A stretch of 64,000 bases of DNA from an uncultured Planctomycetales bacterium. GTDB taxonomy: Bacteria; Omnitrophota; Gorgyraeia; Gygaellales; Profunditerraquicolaceae. The position numbers and the translations under genes are program-made. The DNA lies in the NCBI GenBank assembly GCA_964427405.1, contig CAYRUB010000008.1, positions 31,428 through 95,427 on the forward strand. Reading direction: 5' to 3'. Under the pieces are notes generated by a model, which was not told the origin of the DNA, ran no database searches, and saw nothing but the letters and a program-made list of their open reading frames with translations. This document shows, piece after piece, positions 1 to 9,357 of the stretch (positions within the stretch are counted from its first letter, which is position 1; the number at the start of each line of letters is the position of its first letter).

Positions 1-1656
1 GCTAGCAAGGCTTTGCACCGCTTTAAACCCTATTGCGCGAATTATAAATTTTAACTCCGGGATTACCTGCGGAGGAACGCTAAACTCATCCAACCCCAAA
101 CCCAAAAGGATAAGCGCCAGCGACGGCTCGCCGGCCATCTCTCCGCACATCGCCACTTTAATATTTGCCTGATGCGCCGCGTCAATAACCTGCTTTATCA
201 TCCTTAAAACCGCCGGGTGAGCCGGCTCATACAGATAAGCTACTTTTTCATTGCCGCGGTCAACCGCTAAACAATATTGAATCAAGTCATTTGTCCCAAT
301 GCTGAAGAAATCCGCTTCTTTGGCTAAAATATCCGCGGTCATCGCCGCCGAAGGAACTTCAATCATTACGCCAACGGGAATCTTATCATTAAACTCTATT
401 CCCTTTTGACTCAACTCTTCTTTTGCCTCCCGAAGCAAACCATTGGCCTGGCGTAATTCCTCTATCCCGGAAATCATAGGATACATAAGCTTCAGGTTCC
501 CATGCACAGAAGCCCTAAGAATAGCACGCAGCTGTAATTTAAATATATCCGGACGAGCCAGACAAAACCTGATCGCCCTCCAACCCAAGAACGGCTGCAT
601 TTCATGAGGGATCTGGAATTGCGACAGGAATTTATCCCCGCCTAAATCCAGGGTGCGTATAACTACCGAGTGAGGGCTCATCTGCTCAGCGACATACTTA
701 TAAGCCTGATAATGCTCTTCTTCGCTGGGGGAATCTTTGCGGTTCATATAAAAAAACTCTGTGCGGTAAAGCCCAATCCCTTCGCTACCGTGCAGTTTGA
801 CTGAAGAAACCTCATCGGGAAATTCGATGTTAGCATTAATCAAGATCGAGCGGCCATCAGTAGTAACCGAGGGAAGCTCCTTAACCGATGAAAACCTCTC
901 GGCTATATCTTTTAATTTTACCAGTTCCTGCTGATAATTTCTAAGCGTCTCCTCATCGGGGTTAATGATTACCGTGCCGGTGTTTCCGTCAACAATAAGG
1001 ATATCTCCAGGATTAACTCTAGAGGTAACTCCCTCCAAACCCACCACTGCGGGTATCTCCAGAGACTTGGCCATGATCGCGGTATGCGAAGTCTTACCGC
1101 CCATGTCGGTAACAAAAGCAGCAACATTCCTGGTATGCATTGCTGCGGTATCCGAAGGAGAAAGGTCGTGCGAAACAATAATCGCTCTCTCCTTAAGATC
1201 CTCCATGCCTATTTTCTCTTTACCCAGAAGGTTTCTTAATATCCTTTTGCCGACATCGTTAATATCGGCGATACGTTCCTTAAGGTATTCATCTTCGATT
1301 TTCAAGAATACGCTGATATATTTCTTTAGAACTTCCGAAAAAATATAGGCAACATTTAGCTGCTCTTTTTTAAGCCGGGAGATGACCTCTTCAATAAGCA
1401 TGCGGTCTTCCAATACCAAAAGGTGCGCATCAAAAATCTGCGCTTCTTCCTGGCCCATATCAAAACTAATCCTTTTTTGCAGCTCGATAATCTCGCGGCG
1501 GGTTTTAATCAGGGCTTCCTCAAAAAGCTGGATCTGCACGGGGATATCTTCCCAGGCGATTTTCTCAGGCAATACAACAAACTCCTCCTTACCGAGTTTG
1601 TAAGCTGCGCCGATACTTATTCCGCCTGCCGCTGCGATACCTTTTAATTGAATCAT
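1..1656 (-). CDS. ptsI: PEP-protein phosphotransferase (PTS enzyme I), 3' end runs off the window
   Basis: Manual translation from ATG at 1656 ([12 protein letters not shown]...). Contains GGKTSHTAI phospho-His motif, [15 protein letters not shown] and MCGEMAG. Start overlaps the ptsH stop (ATGA). Confidence 0.95.
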   Translation of the reverse strand, partial: MIQLKGIAAAGGISIGAAYKLGKEEFVVLPEKIAWEDIPVQIQLFEEALIKTRREIIELQKRISFDMGQEEAQIFDAHLLVLEDRMLIEEVISRLKKEQLNVAYIFSEVLKKYISVFLKIEDEYLKERIADINDVGKRILRNLLGKEKIGMEDLKERAIIVSHDLSPSDTAAMHTRNVAAFVTDMGGKTSHTAIMAKSLEIPAVVGLEGVTSRVNPGDILIVDGNTGTVIINPDEETLRNYQQELVKLKDIAERFSSVKELPSVTTDGRSILINANIEFPDEVSSVKLHGSEGIGLYRTEFFYMNRKDSPSEEEHYQAYKYVAEQMSPHSVVIRTLDLGGDKFLSQFQIPHEMQPFLGWRAIRFCLARPDIFKLQLRAILRASVHGNLKLMYPMISGIEELRQANGLLREAKEELSQKGIEFNDKIPVGVMIEVPSAAMTADILAKEADFFSIGTNDLIQYCLAVDRGNEKVAYLYEPAHPAVLRMIKQVIDAAHQANIKVAMCGEMAGEPSLALILLGLGLDEFSVPPQVIPELKFIIRAIGFKAVQSLAS

Positions 1657-1922
1657 AAAGCTTCCTCGCTATTAATAATCTTTTCCAGTTCCGCCAAGGC
1701 CTGCTCTGCGTCAGAGCCGTCCGCTTCAACAATAACTAAACTGCCCTTTTCTGCGCCAAGCATAAGAATACCCATAATGGACTTACCATTAACCTCTTCG
1801 TCATCGTGGCGCACGGTAATGCGCGAATCAAATTTATTGGCTACCTGCACGAATAAAGCAGCAGGCCGGGCGTGTAACCCCTGTTCATTTTTTACGATTA
1901 ATTCTTTTTTAATTAAGGGCAT
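1653..1922 (-). CDS. ptsH: phosphocarrier protein HPr
   Basis: GLHARPAA (His15) and GKSIMG (Ser46) motifs. Confidence 0.95.
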   Translation of the reverse strand: MPLIKKELIVKNEQGLHARPAALFVQVANKFDSRITVRHDDEEVNGKSIMGILMLGAEKGSLVIVEADGSDAEQALAELEKIINSEEAL

Positions 1923-1924
1923 CT

Positions 1925-3178
1925 TTAAATCTCTTCGATAAAACTTAAAATAATTTTTGCTAATTTTTCCGCGTCGTGGCGGATCACACCATCCTGAATC
2001 ATGATAAAATCTTCTTCAATCACCCGGTAACCCAGATTCTCAATATTTTTACGATCATTAACCACAAGAAGTGAATTCTCCCCGGAATAACGCGTCAAAA
2101 CCTCCCTGGGAACCTCTCCGTTATTCACAACACAATAATCCAGGATACGCTCAGAACTATGGCTAAGCAGGGCCTTGATATGATCAGAAACACTATAACC
2201 GTCTGTTTCTCCCGGTTGAGTCATTACATTGCAGACATAAATCTTGATTGCTTCAGACTCCGCGATCTCCCGGGAGATCTCATCAATTAGAAGATTAGGA
2301 ATAATGCTCGTATATAAAGAACCCGGGCCCAAAACAATAATCTGCGCCTCTCTAATCGCCTTTATCGCATCCGGAGTAGCCAGCGGCTGCTCAGGAGCAA
2401 GACTGACTCTATTAATCGCTTTTCTTGCTTTGGGGATCTGCCCTTCTCCGGCGACCATTGTGCCATCCTTATAATGCGCCACAAGCGTCACATCGCCTAA
2501 TGTGGAAGGAATAACCTGTCCCCTCAAGGCTAAAACCTTGCTGGTTTCCTTAATTGCCTTTTCAAAATCACCGGTTAAACGGGTCATTACCGTAAGAAAA
2601 AGGTTGCCAAATGAATGCCCGGAAAACTCAGAATTTTTATCAAAACGGAACTGAAAAAGATCACGCATCAACGCCGGAGCGTCAGCTAAAGCTACCAGGC
2701 AATTGCGTATATCACCGGGAGGCAAGACATCAAACTGCTGCCGGAGCCGGCCGCTTGAGCCTCCATCATCAGCCATCGTAACTATAGCGGAAATGTTTGA
2801 AGAGTAACTTTTTAACCCGCTTAAAAGAACGGATAAACCTGTTCCGCCGCCTACAGCAACTATCCGCGGGCCACGGCTTAAATGTTTCTTCTGATACAAA
2901 AGATCAACCAACTCCGTGCCTCTGGATGACGGAACGAATATGGCGATAAAAGAACGCATCATCCGTTTTATACCCAGGATCAAAATTATGATCCCGGAAA
3001 TTACAACCAGGGCATCTAAAAACTGAATCAGCCAAAATTGGCCGGATTTAAGGTTGGCTGTTCCTATAATTAAAAGCACCACCCCAAAAGCGCTTAAACC
3101 CACCCAACGCTTAATACCTATGCCAGGATAAAACCATTTTAAGATAACGCTAGAGGCTGTTTTCATTTTACGAAACAA
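1925..3178 (-). CDS. yvcK: YvcK/UPF0052 (GlmR-like) UDP-GlcNAc-binding protein with N-terminal TM segments
   Basis: GGGTGLS, ADDGGSSGRLR, PPGDIRNCL, GPGSLYTSIIPNL motifs. Confidence 0.9.
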   Translation of the reverse strand: MFRKMKTASSVILKWFYPGIGIKRWVGLSAFGVVLLIIGTANLKSGQFWLIQFLDALVVISGIIILILGIKRMMRSFIAIFVPSSRGTELVDLLYQKKHLSRGPRIVAVGGGTGLSVLLSGLKSYSSNISAIVTMADDGGSSGRLRQQFDVLPPGDIRNCLVALADAPALMRDLFQFRFDKNSEFSGHSFGNLFLTVMTRLTGDFEKAIKETSKVLALRGQVIPSTLGDVTLVAHYKDGTMVAGEGQIPKARKAINRVSLAPEQPLATPDAIKAIREAQIIVLGPGSLYTSIIPNLLIDEISREIAESEAIKIYVCNVMTQPGETDGYSVSDHIKALLSHSSERILDYCVVNNGEVPREVLTRYSGENSLLVVNDRKNIENLGYRVIEEDFIMIQDGVIRHDAEKLAKIILSFIEEI

Positions 3179-3259
3179 TCTGTTAATTATGTGATTAACT
3201 TACAGGATATCCTGCACGATTATCCGGCAGGGATCTTATAAAAATAAAAACAAAATAGA

Positions 3260-3730
3260 CTAGATTTTTTTCTCGTCTTCCTGAGTGATAATCTTAATTA
3301 CAGATTTTTCGTCCATGCAGGTACGCAGGGTATCGCGAAAATATTTATCTTTTAAGAGGCGCGATATCCTAGCTAATGCCTTAAGGTGCGGTCCGGCGGA
3401 ATCCTGCGGAGCAACAAGCAAAAAGAAAATATAAGCTAATTCTCCGTCGAGAGAATCAAAATCTACGCCTTTTTTAGAAAGCCCAAAGGCGGCTACCAAT
3501 TTATCCACGCAGTCGCATTTTGCATGCGGTATGGCAATGCCCTGGCCGATTGCGGTTGAACCCAAGGCCTCTCTTGACATAAGGGCTTCAATGAGTTTGT
3601 TACGGTTGCGTTTCTCCACATCACCGGCTTCGATCAAAAGATCCACCATCTCCTTAATCACATCTTCCTTGCGGGTAGATTTTATGTCGGTGAGAATCGC
3701 TTTCTTAGAAAGAAAATCCATTATCTGCAT
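3260..3730 (-). CDS. ptsN: PTS IIA component (Ntr/fructose type)
   Basis: REALGSTAIGQGIAIPHA and DFDSLDG motifs. Confidence 0.85.
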   Translation of the reverse strand: MQIMDFLSKKAILTDIKSTRKEDVIKEMVDLLIEAGDVEKRNRNKLIEALMSREALGSTAIGQGIAIPHAKCDCVDKLVAAFGLSKKGVDFDSLDGELAYIFFLLVAPQDSAGPHLKALARISRLLKDKYFRDTLRTCMDEKSVIKIITQEDEKKI

Positions 3731-3767
3731 TTGTTTTCTCCTTTCGAATAATCAATACAAAAATAAA

Positions 3768-3841
<74 letters not shown>

Positions 3842-3853
3842 AATACCAATTGC

Positions 3854-3885
3854 GCACCGGCGCAACTCCAATAAGCGCCGGGTGC
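3854..3885. repeat. palindromic element, family 3 (short form)
   Basis: GCACCGGCGC-AACTCCAATAA-GCGCCGGGTGC; homologous to 53723-53755 and to the elements at 23869 and 62823. Confidence 0.6.
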
Positions 3886-3922
3886 TGCATCGCTCGCTAT
3901 TATCAACTGTAAAATTTCATTT

Positions 3923-4004
3923 TGGGCGGAAGAGGATTTGAACCTCCAAGGGTTACCCCAATAGCTCCTAAGGCTATCGCGTATGCCAATTCCGCCATCC
4001 GCCC
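3923..4004 (-). tRNA. tRNA-Leu(TAG)
   Basis: GGGCGGATGGCGGAATTGGCATACGCG, ATAGC-CTTAGGA-GCTAT, long variable arm, GGTTCAAATCC. Confidence 0.97.
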
Positions 4005-4030
4005 GGAATGTTCCTCTTTCCACCTACTAA

Positions 4031-4209
4031 TAACTTTGATAGCCTGTGGTATTGCGGAGCGCGCATTAGAAAACTTTCGGCAAATGAGTGCGAGGAATTA
4101 CGATGAGCGAAGGCCGACGCAGTGTATGGTCGGCCGAAAACGAATCGTAAACCGAAGCACTCGGCGAAAGTTTTCAGCGCGCGGAACAATACCACAGGAT
4201 ATCAAATTA
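4031..4209 (+). repeat. ~180-nt rod-like palindromic element, family 1 copy A
   Basis: Nested inverted repeats CCTGTGGTATTG/CAATACCACAGG, GCGCGC/GCGCGC, GAAAACTTTCG/CGAAAGTTTTC, GAGTGC/GCACTC, TTACGAT/ATCGTAA, GGCCGAC/GTCGGCC. Confidence 0.85.
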
Positions 4210-4212
4210 TTC

Positions 4213-4285
4213 TGAGCCTCCCGCGACTCGAACGCGGCACAACCACATTAAAAGTGTGGTGCTCTACCTGATGAGCTAGAGGCCC
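4213..4285 (-). tRNA. tRNA-Lys(TTT)
   Basis: GGGCCTCTAGCTCATCAGGTAGAGCA, CCACA-CTTTTAA-TGTGG, GTTCGAGT. Confidence 0.95.
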
Positions 4286-4289
4286 GAAT

Positions 4290-4850
4290 TTAAAACTCCA
4301 ATACTTCCTTTTCCTTATTCTTTAAAAGTTCATCAATCTTGGCGATATATTTATCAACCACTTTCTGCAATTCTTCAATACCGCGGAACTTTTCATCTTC
4401 AGAAACAATCTTGTCTTTTTCCAGCTTCTCTAGGGTTTCCTTGGCATCTCTTCTAATTGTACGCATAGACACACGGCCATCTTCAGACATCTTATGGATC
4501 TGCTTAGCCAACTCTAGCCGCCTCTCTTTAGATAGCTGAGGAACAGCAAGTCTGATTACTTTTCCGTCGTTAGAAGGATTGATCCCGAGGTTAGATTTCA
4601 TAATCGCCTTTTCGATCTCAACAATCACCGTAGGATCCCAAGGCTGGATAACAATCAAATGTGCGTCAGGAGCCGATATTGCCGCCAACTGCTTGAGCAT
4701 AGTCAGAGTCCCGTAATAATCAATATGCATGCCTTCAACCAAACTGGGAGATGCCCTTCCAGTCCTTACTTCATGGAACTCACGGTTCATCGACTCAAAA
4801 GCCTTTTTCATCTTCTCTTCTGTATTATGTAATATTTCCTTAACAGTCAT
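4290..4850 (-). CDS. frr: ribosome recycling factor
   Basis: RTGRASP, IQPWD, NPSNDG motifs; conserved operon position. Confidence 0.97.
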   Translation of the reverse strand: MTVKEILHNTEEKMKKAFESMNREFHEVRTGRASPSLVEGMHIDYYGTLTMLKQLAAISAPDAHLIVIQPWDPTVIVEIEKAIMKSNLGINPSNDGKVIRLAVPQLSKERRLELAKQIHKMSEDGRVSMRTIRRDAKETLEKLEKDKIVSEDEKFRGIEELQKVVDKYIAKIDELLKNKEKEVLEF

Positions 4851-4867
4851 ATTTTCCCGCCTTTCGC

Positions 4868-5590
4868 TTATCTTACAACCGTGCCAATCTTCTCACCTAA
4901 AATTACACGCTTAATATTCCCCTGGCGATTAAGATTAAAGACAACGATGGGTAATTTATTATCCATACATAAGCTGATTGCTGTTGCGTCCATTACTTTT
5001 AAGCCCTTCTTAAGCACGTCTATATATTTTAACTGGCTGAACCTTTTGGCGCCTTTTACTTTCATGGGATCGGCGGCATAAACCCCATCAACTTTAGTAG
5101 CCTTTAAAATAGCATCCGCATTAATCTCCATAGCACGCAAGGCCGCGGCTGTATCGGTAGTAAAATAGGGGTTGCCGGTCCCGGCGACGAAGATAACCAC
5201 CCTACCCTTCTCTAAATGCCGTATAGCCCTTCTTCTAATATAAGGTTCAGCTATCCTTTGCATCTCAATAGCTGTCATTACTCTTGTGGGTACGCCTGAT
5301 TTCTCCAGTGCATCCTGCAGGGAAAGCCCGTTAATTACAGTAGCCAGCATCCCCATATAATCGGCAACGCTACGATCTAAATCCAACCCGCGCGAAGCGG
5401 TATTCTCCTGGCCGCGTAAGATATTGCCTGCGCCTAAAACAACAGCCACATCTACGCCTAAATCCATAATTTCTTTAATCTGGCGCGATATGGTCTTAAG
5501 CACTTCCGGGTCTATACCATGCGTATTTTTGCCCTGAAGCGCCTCACCACTAAGTTTAAGGACAATTCTCTTATAAACCGGTTTGAGCAT
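4868..5590 (-). CDS. pyrH: UMP kinase
   Basis: [33 protein letters not shown]. Confidence 0.97.
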   Translation of the reverse strand: MLKPVYKRIVLKLSGEALQGKNTHGIDPEVLKTISRQIKEIMDLGVDVAVVLGAGNILRGQENTASRGLDLDRSVADYMGMLATVINGLSLQDALEKSGVPTRVMTAIEMQRIAEPYIRRRAIRHLEKGRVVIFVAGTGNPYFTTDTAAALRAMEINADAILKATKVDGVYAADPMKVKGAKRFSQLKYIDVLKKGLKVMDATAISLCMDNKLPIVVFNLNRQGNIKRVILGEKIGTVVR

Positions 5591-6115
5591 TTATTCGCCG
5601 ATCTTATAGCGGATAAACCTGCGGATAACAATATTCTCGCCAATCTTTGCCACAATACTACCCAAACAATCTTTAATCGTTAAACTCGGGTCTTTGACAA
5701 AAACCTGCTCCAATAAACAATTATTCTTGTAATAATCTTCTTTGCTTTTTTCATGCTGCAGGACATCCTCCGGCACATCTTCCTTCTTTATATATGACGG
5801 GCTGCTCGCAGCTATATGCATAGCCAGGTCTTTGGTGAATTTTACAAACTCTTCATTCTTGGCTGCAAAGTCAGATTCACAGTTTACTTCCAGCAAAACA
5901 CCAATTTTATTTCCATGATGTATATAACAATCGATCCTGCCTTCTTTAGCAGCACGGCTTTGTTTTTTAGCGGAAATTTCCAGGCCTTGTTTACGCAACA
6001 ATATTACTGCCTGTTTTATGTCCCCTTTAGCCTCTTCCAAAGCCTTCCTGCAATGCGCGATGCTTGAGCAGGTCATATCCCTTAGTTCTTTAATAGCGCT
6101 CAGTGAATTTTTCAT
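5591..6115 (-). CDS. tsf: elongation factor Ts (short form)
   Basis: IKELR...CRKALEEA, EVNCESDF, IGENIVIRRF. Confidence 0.95.
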   Translation of the reverse strand: MKNSLSAIKELRDMTCSSIAHCRKALEEAKGDIKQAVILLRKQGLEISAKKQSRAAKEGRIDCYIHHGNKIGVLLEVNCESDFAAKNEEFVKFTKDLAMHIAASSPSYIKKEDVPEDVLQHEKSKEDYYKNNCLLEQVFVKDPSLTIKDCLGSIVAKIGENIVIRRFIRYKIGE

Positions 6116-6116
6116 T

Positions 6117-7019
6117 TTAAAACGACCCCTTCTTTCTCGATTTCAGTTTTGTATCCGCTGCCGGCTTAATGTGCGCCCTTTTTGCTGCCCCAGCCTCATC
6201 AATAGGCGGTTGGCTTTCCTCAACAATCTCCTCAATTTCTTTAATCTTAATTTCCTCTTCCGGAAGGACTTCTGGCGAGATATCCTGTTTTGGCTCCTCT
6301 ACCTTAACAACCCCTTCCTGAGAAAGATAAGATAAGAATTTCTTCCTTCCCTCAATGATCGTATCCGAGATAATTGTAGCAACTGTACGAATAGACTTAG
6401 TAGCATCATCATTACCCGGAATAGGATAATCCACCAAATCAGGATTGGAATTAGTATCAATTAACCCGATTATCGGGATCCCCAGCCTGCGCGCTTCCAG
6501 TACCGCGGTCTCCTCTTTTTTGGTATCAACAACAAACGCCGCCTTGGGCATACGCTCCATAGTGACTATACCGGAGAAGTTTTTATTCAACTTGGCCAGC
6601 TCTTTTTCCAAACCGGCAACTTCTTTCTTGGTTAATTTCTCAAATGTCCCGTCAGTACGCATCTTTTCAATATCTTTCAAACGGTTAATACTCTTTTTAA
6701 TGGTGGCAAAATTAGTAAGCATCCCGCCCGGCCAACGGTCGGTAACGTAATACATTCCGCAGCGGATTGCCTCCTGCTTGATCACATCCTGAGCCTGTTT
6801 TTTGGTCCCTACAAAAAGGACAAACTCGCCCTTAGAAGTTATATCCATTAAGAAATCCCGGGCAGCGTTAATACACTCCTCGGTCTTTTCCAGGTCAATA
6901 ATGTAAATACCGCTTCTTGAGCCAAAAATAAACTTCTTCATTTTGGGATTCCAGCGCTTAGTCTGATGACCAAAATGTACCCCTGCTTCTAAAAGCTGTT
7001 TGATTAATTCTGACGGCAC
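6117..7019 (-). CDS. rpsB: 30S ribosomal protein uS2 with charged C-terminal tail
   Basis: [25 protein letters not shown]. Probable GTG start at 7019 after AGAGGGG; the ORF track extends to 7067. Confidence 0.95.
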   Translation of the reverse strand: MPSELIKQLLEAGVHFGHQTKRWNPKMKKFIFGSRSGIYIIDLEKTEECINAARDFLMDITSKGEFVLFVGTKKQAQDVIKQEAIRCGMYYVTDRWPGGMLTNFATIKKSINRLKDIEKMRTDGTFEKLTKKEVAGLEKELAKLNKNFSGIVTMERMPKAAFVVDTKKEETAVLEARRLGIPIIGLIDTNSNPDLVDYPIPGNDDATKSIRTVATIISDTIIEGRKKFLSYLSQEGVVKVEEPKQDISPEVLPEEEIKIKEIEEIVEESQPPIDEAGAAKRAHIKPAADTKLKSRKKGSF

Positions 7020-7154
7020 GTTTTTATTCCCCCTCTTTCTTTGTGGCTTTGGCTGTTCGCTCGCCAAACCATGGTTATCTAACCAGTTAATATACTTCCT
7101 TGCCTTCCCTGCTTCAAATAAGCCGGAAAATTAAGGCAAAAAGTTAATTTGGTA

Positions 7155-7182
7155 ATTATAGCAAATTTTTGCCTATTTGCAA
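7155..7182 (-). promoter_or_regulatory. sigma70-type promoter of the rpsB operon
   Basis: TTGCAA-16 nt (ending TGC)-TATAAT. Confidence 0.6.
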
Positions 7183-7185
7183 CTA

Positions 7186-8973
7186 TTATTGTATCTCTTG
7201 AGCATCATAAAGCCGCTTGTATAAACCCTTCTTTTCCAGCAACTGGCTATGCGTCCCCTGCTCAACGATTACTCCTTTATCTAAGACTACAATCCTATCG
7301 GCATTCCTTACCGTGGAAAGCCGGTGAGCGACCACAAAAACCGTTCTGCCGGTAACCAGGCTGTCTAAAGCCTCCTGAACAATACGTTCAGATGTAGAAT
7401 CCAACTGTGAGGTAGCTTCGTCCAGGATTAATATCGGGGCATTCTTTAAAAGTGCGCGGGCAATAGCAATACGCTGACGCTCTCCTCCGGAGATCTTTAC
7501 TCCTCTATCACCAATTATTGTACCATAACCTTGCGGGCATTTGGATATAAAATCATGCGCATGCGCCCTCCTGGCTGCCTCTTCTATTTCCTTATCAGAG
7601 GCATCCAGCTTACCATAAGCAATATTAGCCCGGATCGTATCATTAAAAAGCATGGTTTCCTGATTAACTATACCTATCTGGTTACGCAATGATTTTAAAT
7701 CAAACTCCCGCACATCCACTCCATCAATAAGAACGCTTCCTTTTTGAGGGTCGTAAAAACGCGGAATTAAATCCACCAGCGTGCTTTTTCCCGTGCCGCT
7801 GGGGCCGACAATTGCCAGCATCTGACCGTAACCAACCTCTAAATTAATCCCTTTCAGGATTTGCGTATCGGCATAACTGAACCAAACATCATTAAATCTG
7901 ATATTCTGTTTAAAACCAGTTAAGGTTTTAGGCACAAGCGGTTCTTTTACGCTCGGCTCTGTCTCCAATACTTCATGTATGCGTTCGCTGGCCGCCATAG
8001 CCTGTTGGTTTAAAGCATTTACCTGGCTTAATTTCTTTAATGGTCGGATTAAAGATAAAAGCGAACCCAGAAACAGGCCAAAAACTCCAAAAGATATTTT
8101 ACCGGCGATAACTTCACGGCCGCCCCAGAAAAATACCAACACACCGGCAATACACCCTAAGTACTCCGTAGCAGGATTAAGCAGCAGCGTACGCTTAATT
8201 GACTTCATGGAAAGTTTATAATAATCCATATTTACCTTATTAAACTTACTAATCTCATGCTCTTCCATATTAAAGGCTTTAACAATGCGCGCACCCATAA
8301 TCGTCTCATAAAGCAGAGAATTAGTATCAGCGGCATTCTCCTGAGTGCGTTTGGAAAGTTTTCTTAAAACCTTACCGACCTTTATAATCGGTAAACTGAT
8401 TAAAGGCACGAATATAATCGAAACTAAAGCCATTTTAAAATAGATAAAGAAAATAACTATGGCAAAAATAACCACCTGCAAGCTCTGATAAATCAGGTCA
8501 GTTGAACCGTATGATACCGCATTCTCCACAAGCCTGACGTCATTATTGATACGTGACATGAGTTCTCCGCCGCGCTTATGGGTAAAATAGCTAAGCGATA
8601 AAGACTGTATCTTACCATAGAGTTTAGACTTAATATCCCTGACCACACGTTGACCAATATCCGACATAAGATAGCTCTGGAAGAATTCAAAAATCCCTTT
8701 TAATAAGAAAAGCACCAGTACAGTAACAACCATATAGCTCAAAAGCACTTCCGGAGAGGTATTATTTATTTTATCCACAAAATTAGCCAGAAAATCCGGT
8801 AATTTAGCCGGGATAATGATCTTTTTGTTGGTCAAAACCTTATCTGCTAAAGGCACTATCATTGCCAGAGATACACCGTCAAATATCGCAGAAAACCCCA
8901 TACAAACTATGGCTATAGCGAATAAACCATAATAAGGCCGCACGAATTTTAGTAACTTAAGATAGTCCTTCAT
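7186..8973 (-). CDS. msbA: MsbA-like lipid A/ABC exporter (TMD+NBD)
   Basis: GPSGTGKST, ISGGERQRIAIARA, ILDEATSQLD; divergent from the lpxB operon. Confidence 0.8.
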   Translation of the reverse strand: MKDYLKLLKFVRPYYGLFAIAIVCMGFSAIFDGVSLAMIVPLADKVLTNKKIIIPAKLPDFLANFVDKINNTSPEVLLSYMVVTVLVLFLLKGIFEFFQSYLMSDIGQRVVRDIKSKLYGKIQSLSLSYFTHKRGGELMSRINNDVRLVENAVSYGSTDLIYQSLQVVIFAIVIFFIYFKMALVSIIFVPLISLPIIKVGKVLRKLSKRTQENAADTNSLLYETIMGARIVKAFNMEEHEISKFNKVNMDYYKLSMKSIKRTLLLNPATEYLGCIAGVLVFFWGGREVIAGKISFGVFGLFLGSLLSLIRPLKKLSQVNALNQQAMAASERIHEVLETEPSVKEPLVPKTLTGFKQNIRFNDVWFSYADTQILKGINLEVGYGQMLAIVGPSGTGKSTLVDLIPRFYDPQKGSVLIDGVDVREFDLKSLRNQIGIVNQETMLFNDTIRANIAYGKLDASDKEIEEAARRAHAHDFISKCPQGYGTIIGDRGVKISGGERQRIAIARALLKNAPILILDEATSQLDSTSERIVQEALDSLVTGRTVFVVAHRLSTVRNADRIVVLDKGVIVEQGTHSQLLEKKGLYKRLYDAQEIQ

Positions 8974-9087
8974 CTTTTACCTTTCCTAAAGAAGGTTTAT
9001 TTTAACATATCCGCCTAAGCATGGCAAACCTTTTTATTGCATTATTTTGCGTGTCTGGCTTGATTTGTCCCTTCCCCTATTACGCTC

Positions 9088-9128
9088 GGGGTCCTGCCGC
9101 TGAAGATGCCCCTCTTCAGCGTCACCCC
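9088..9128 (-). repeat. palindromic element, family 2 core
   Basis: Minus strand GGGGTGA-CGCTGAAGA...TCTTCAGCG-GCAGGACCCC; same GGGTGR/RCAGGACCC closing motif as 30057 and 55959. Confidence 0.65.
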
Positions 9129-9180
9129 TCGGAAGGCAACGCGAAAGAAACCAAACTATACGTTTATGATATTACTAATA

Positions 9181-9312
9181 TAAGATTTCCGGCTTTTGCT
9201 GAAGGCACAATCAGAAGATTTTCGGCAGATGTGTGCGAGGAATTACGTCAAGCGTAGGCAGAATCTTAATAGCGTAAGAATACTGCAGCCGAAGCGAAAG
9301 ACGGAAAGCTTA
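9181..9312 (+). repeat. family 1 palindromic element copy B (internally deleted)
   Basis: TAAGATTTCCGGCTTTTGCTGAAGGCACAATCAGAAGATTTTCGGCA... near-identical to 11641; ends GCCGAAGCGAAAGACGGAAAGCTTA. Confidence 0.8.
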
Positions 9313-9357
9313 TAAAATCAGTTGCAAACAGGCTTTCAGTCTGCTATGATTTTCAGC

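Noticed and set aside
965-1941. Plus-strand ORFs (965..1348, 1382..1603, 1648..1941) and the many similar short ORFs opposite or out of frame within genes across the window
   Set aside because: Shadows of well-supported genes, with no recognisable motifs
3205-3236. Hairpin GATATCCTGC...GCAGGGATC between ptsN and yvcK
   Set aside because: Single imperfect hairpin with no homolog seen and no clear U-tract; insufficient support
4031-4209. Rod hairpin as 6S RNA, SRP RNA or a tRNA intron
   Set aside because: Multiple diverged copies in the window, no central 6S bubble, no SRP domain IV GGAA tetraloop, and it lies outside the tRNA bodies
9021-9257. 78-aa plus-strand ORF, and also ORFs 11324..11572 and 11576..11815
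   Set aside because: They read through palindromic repeat elements and have no protein-like features
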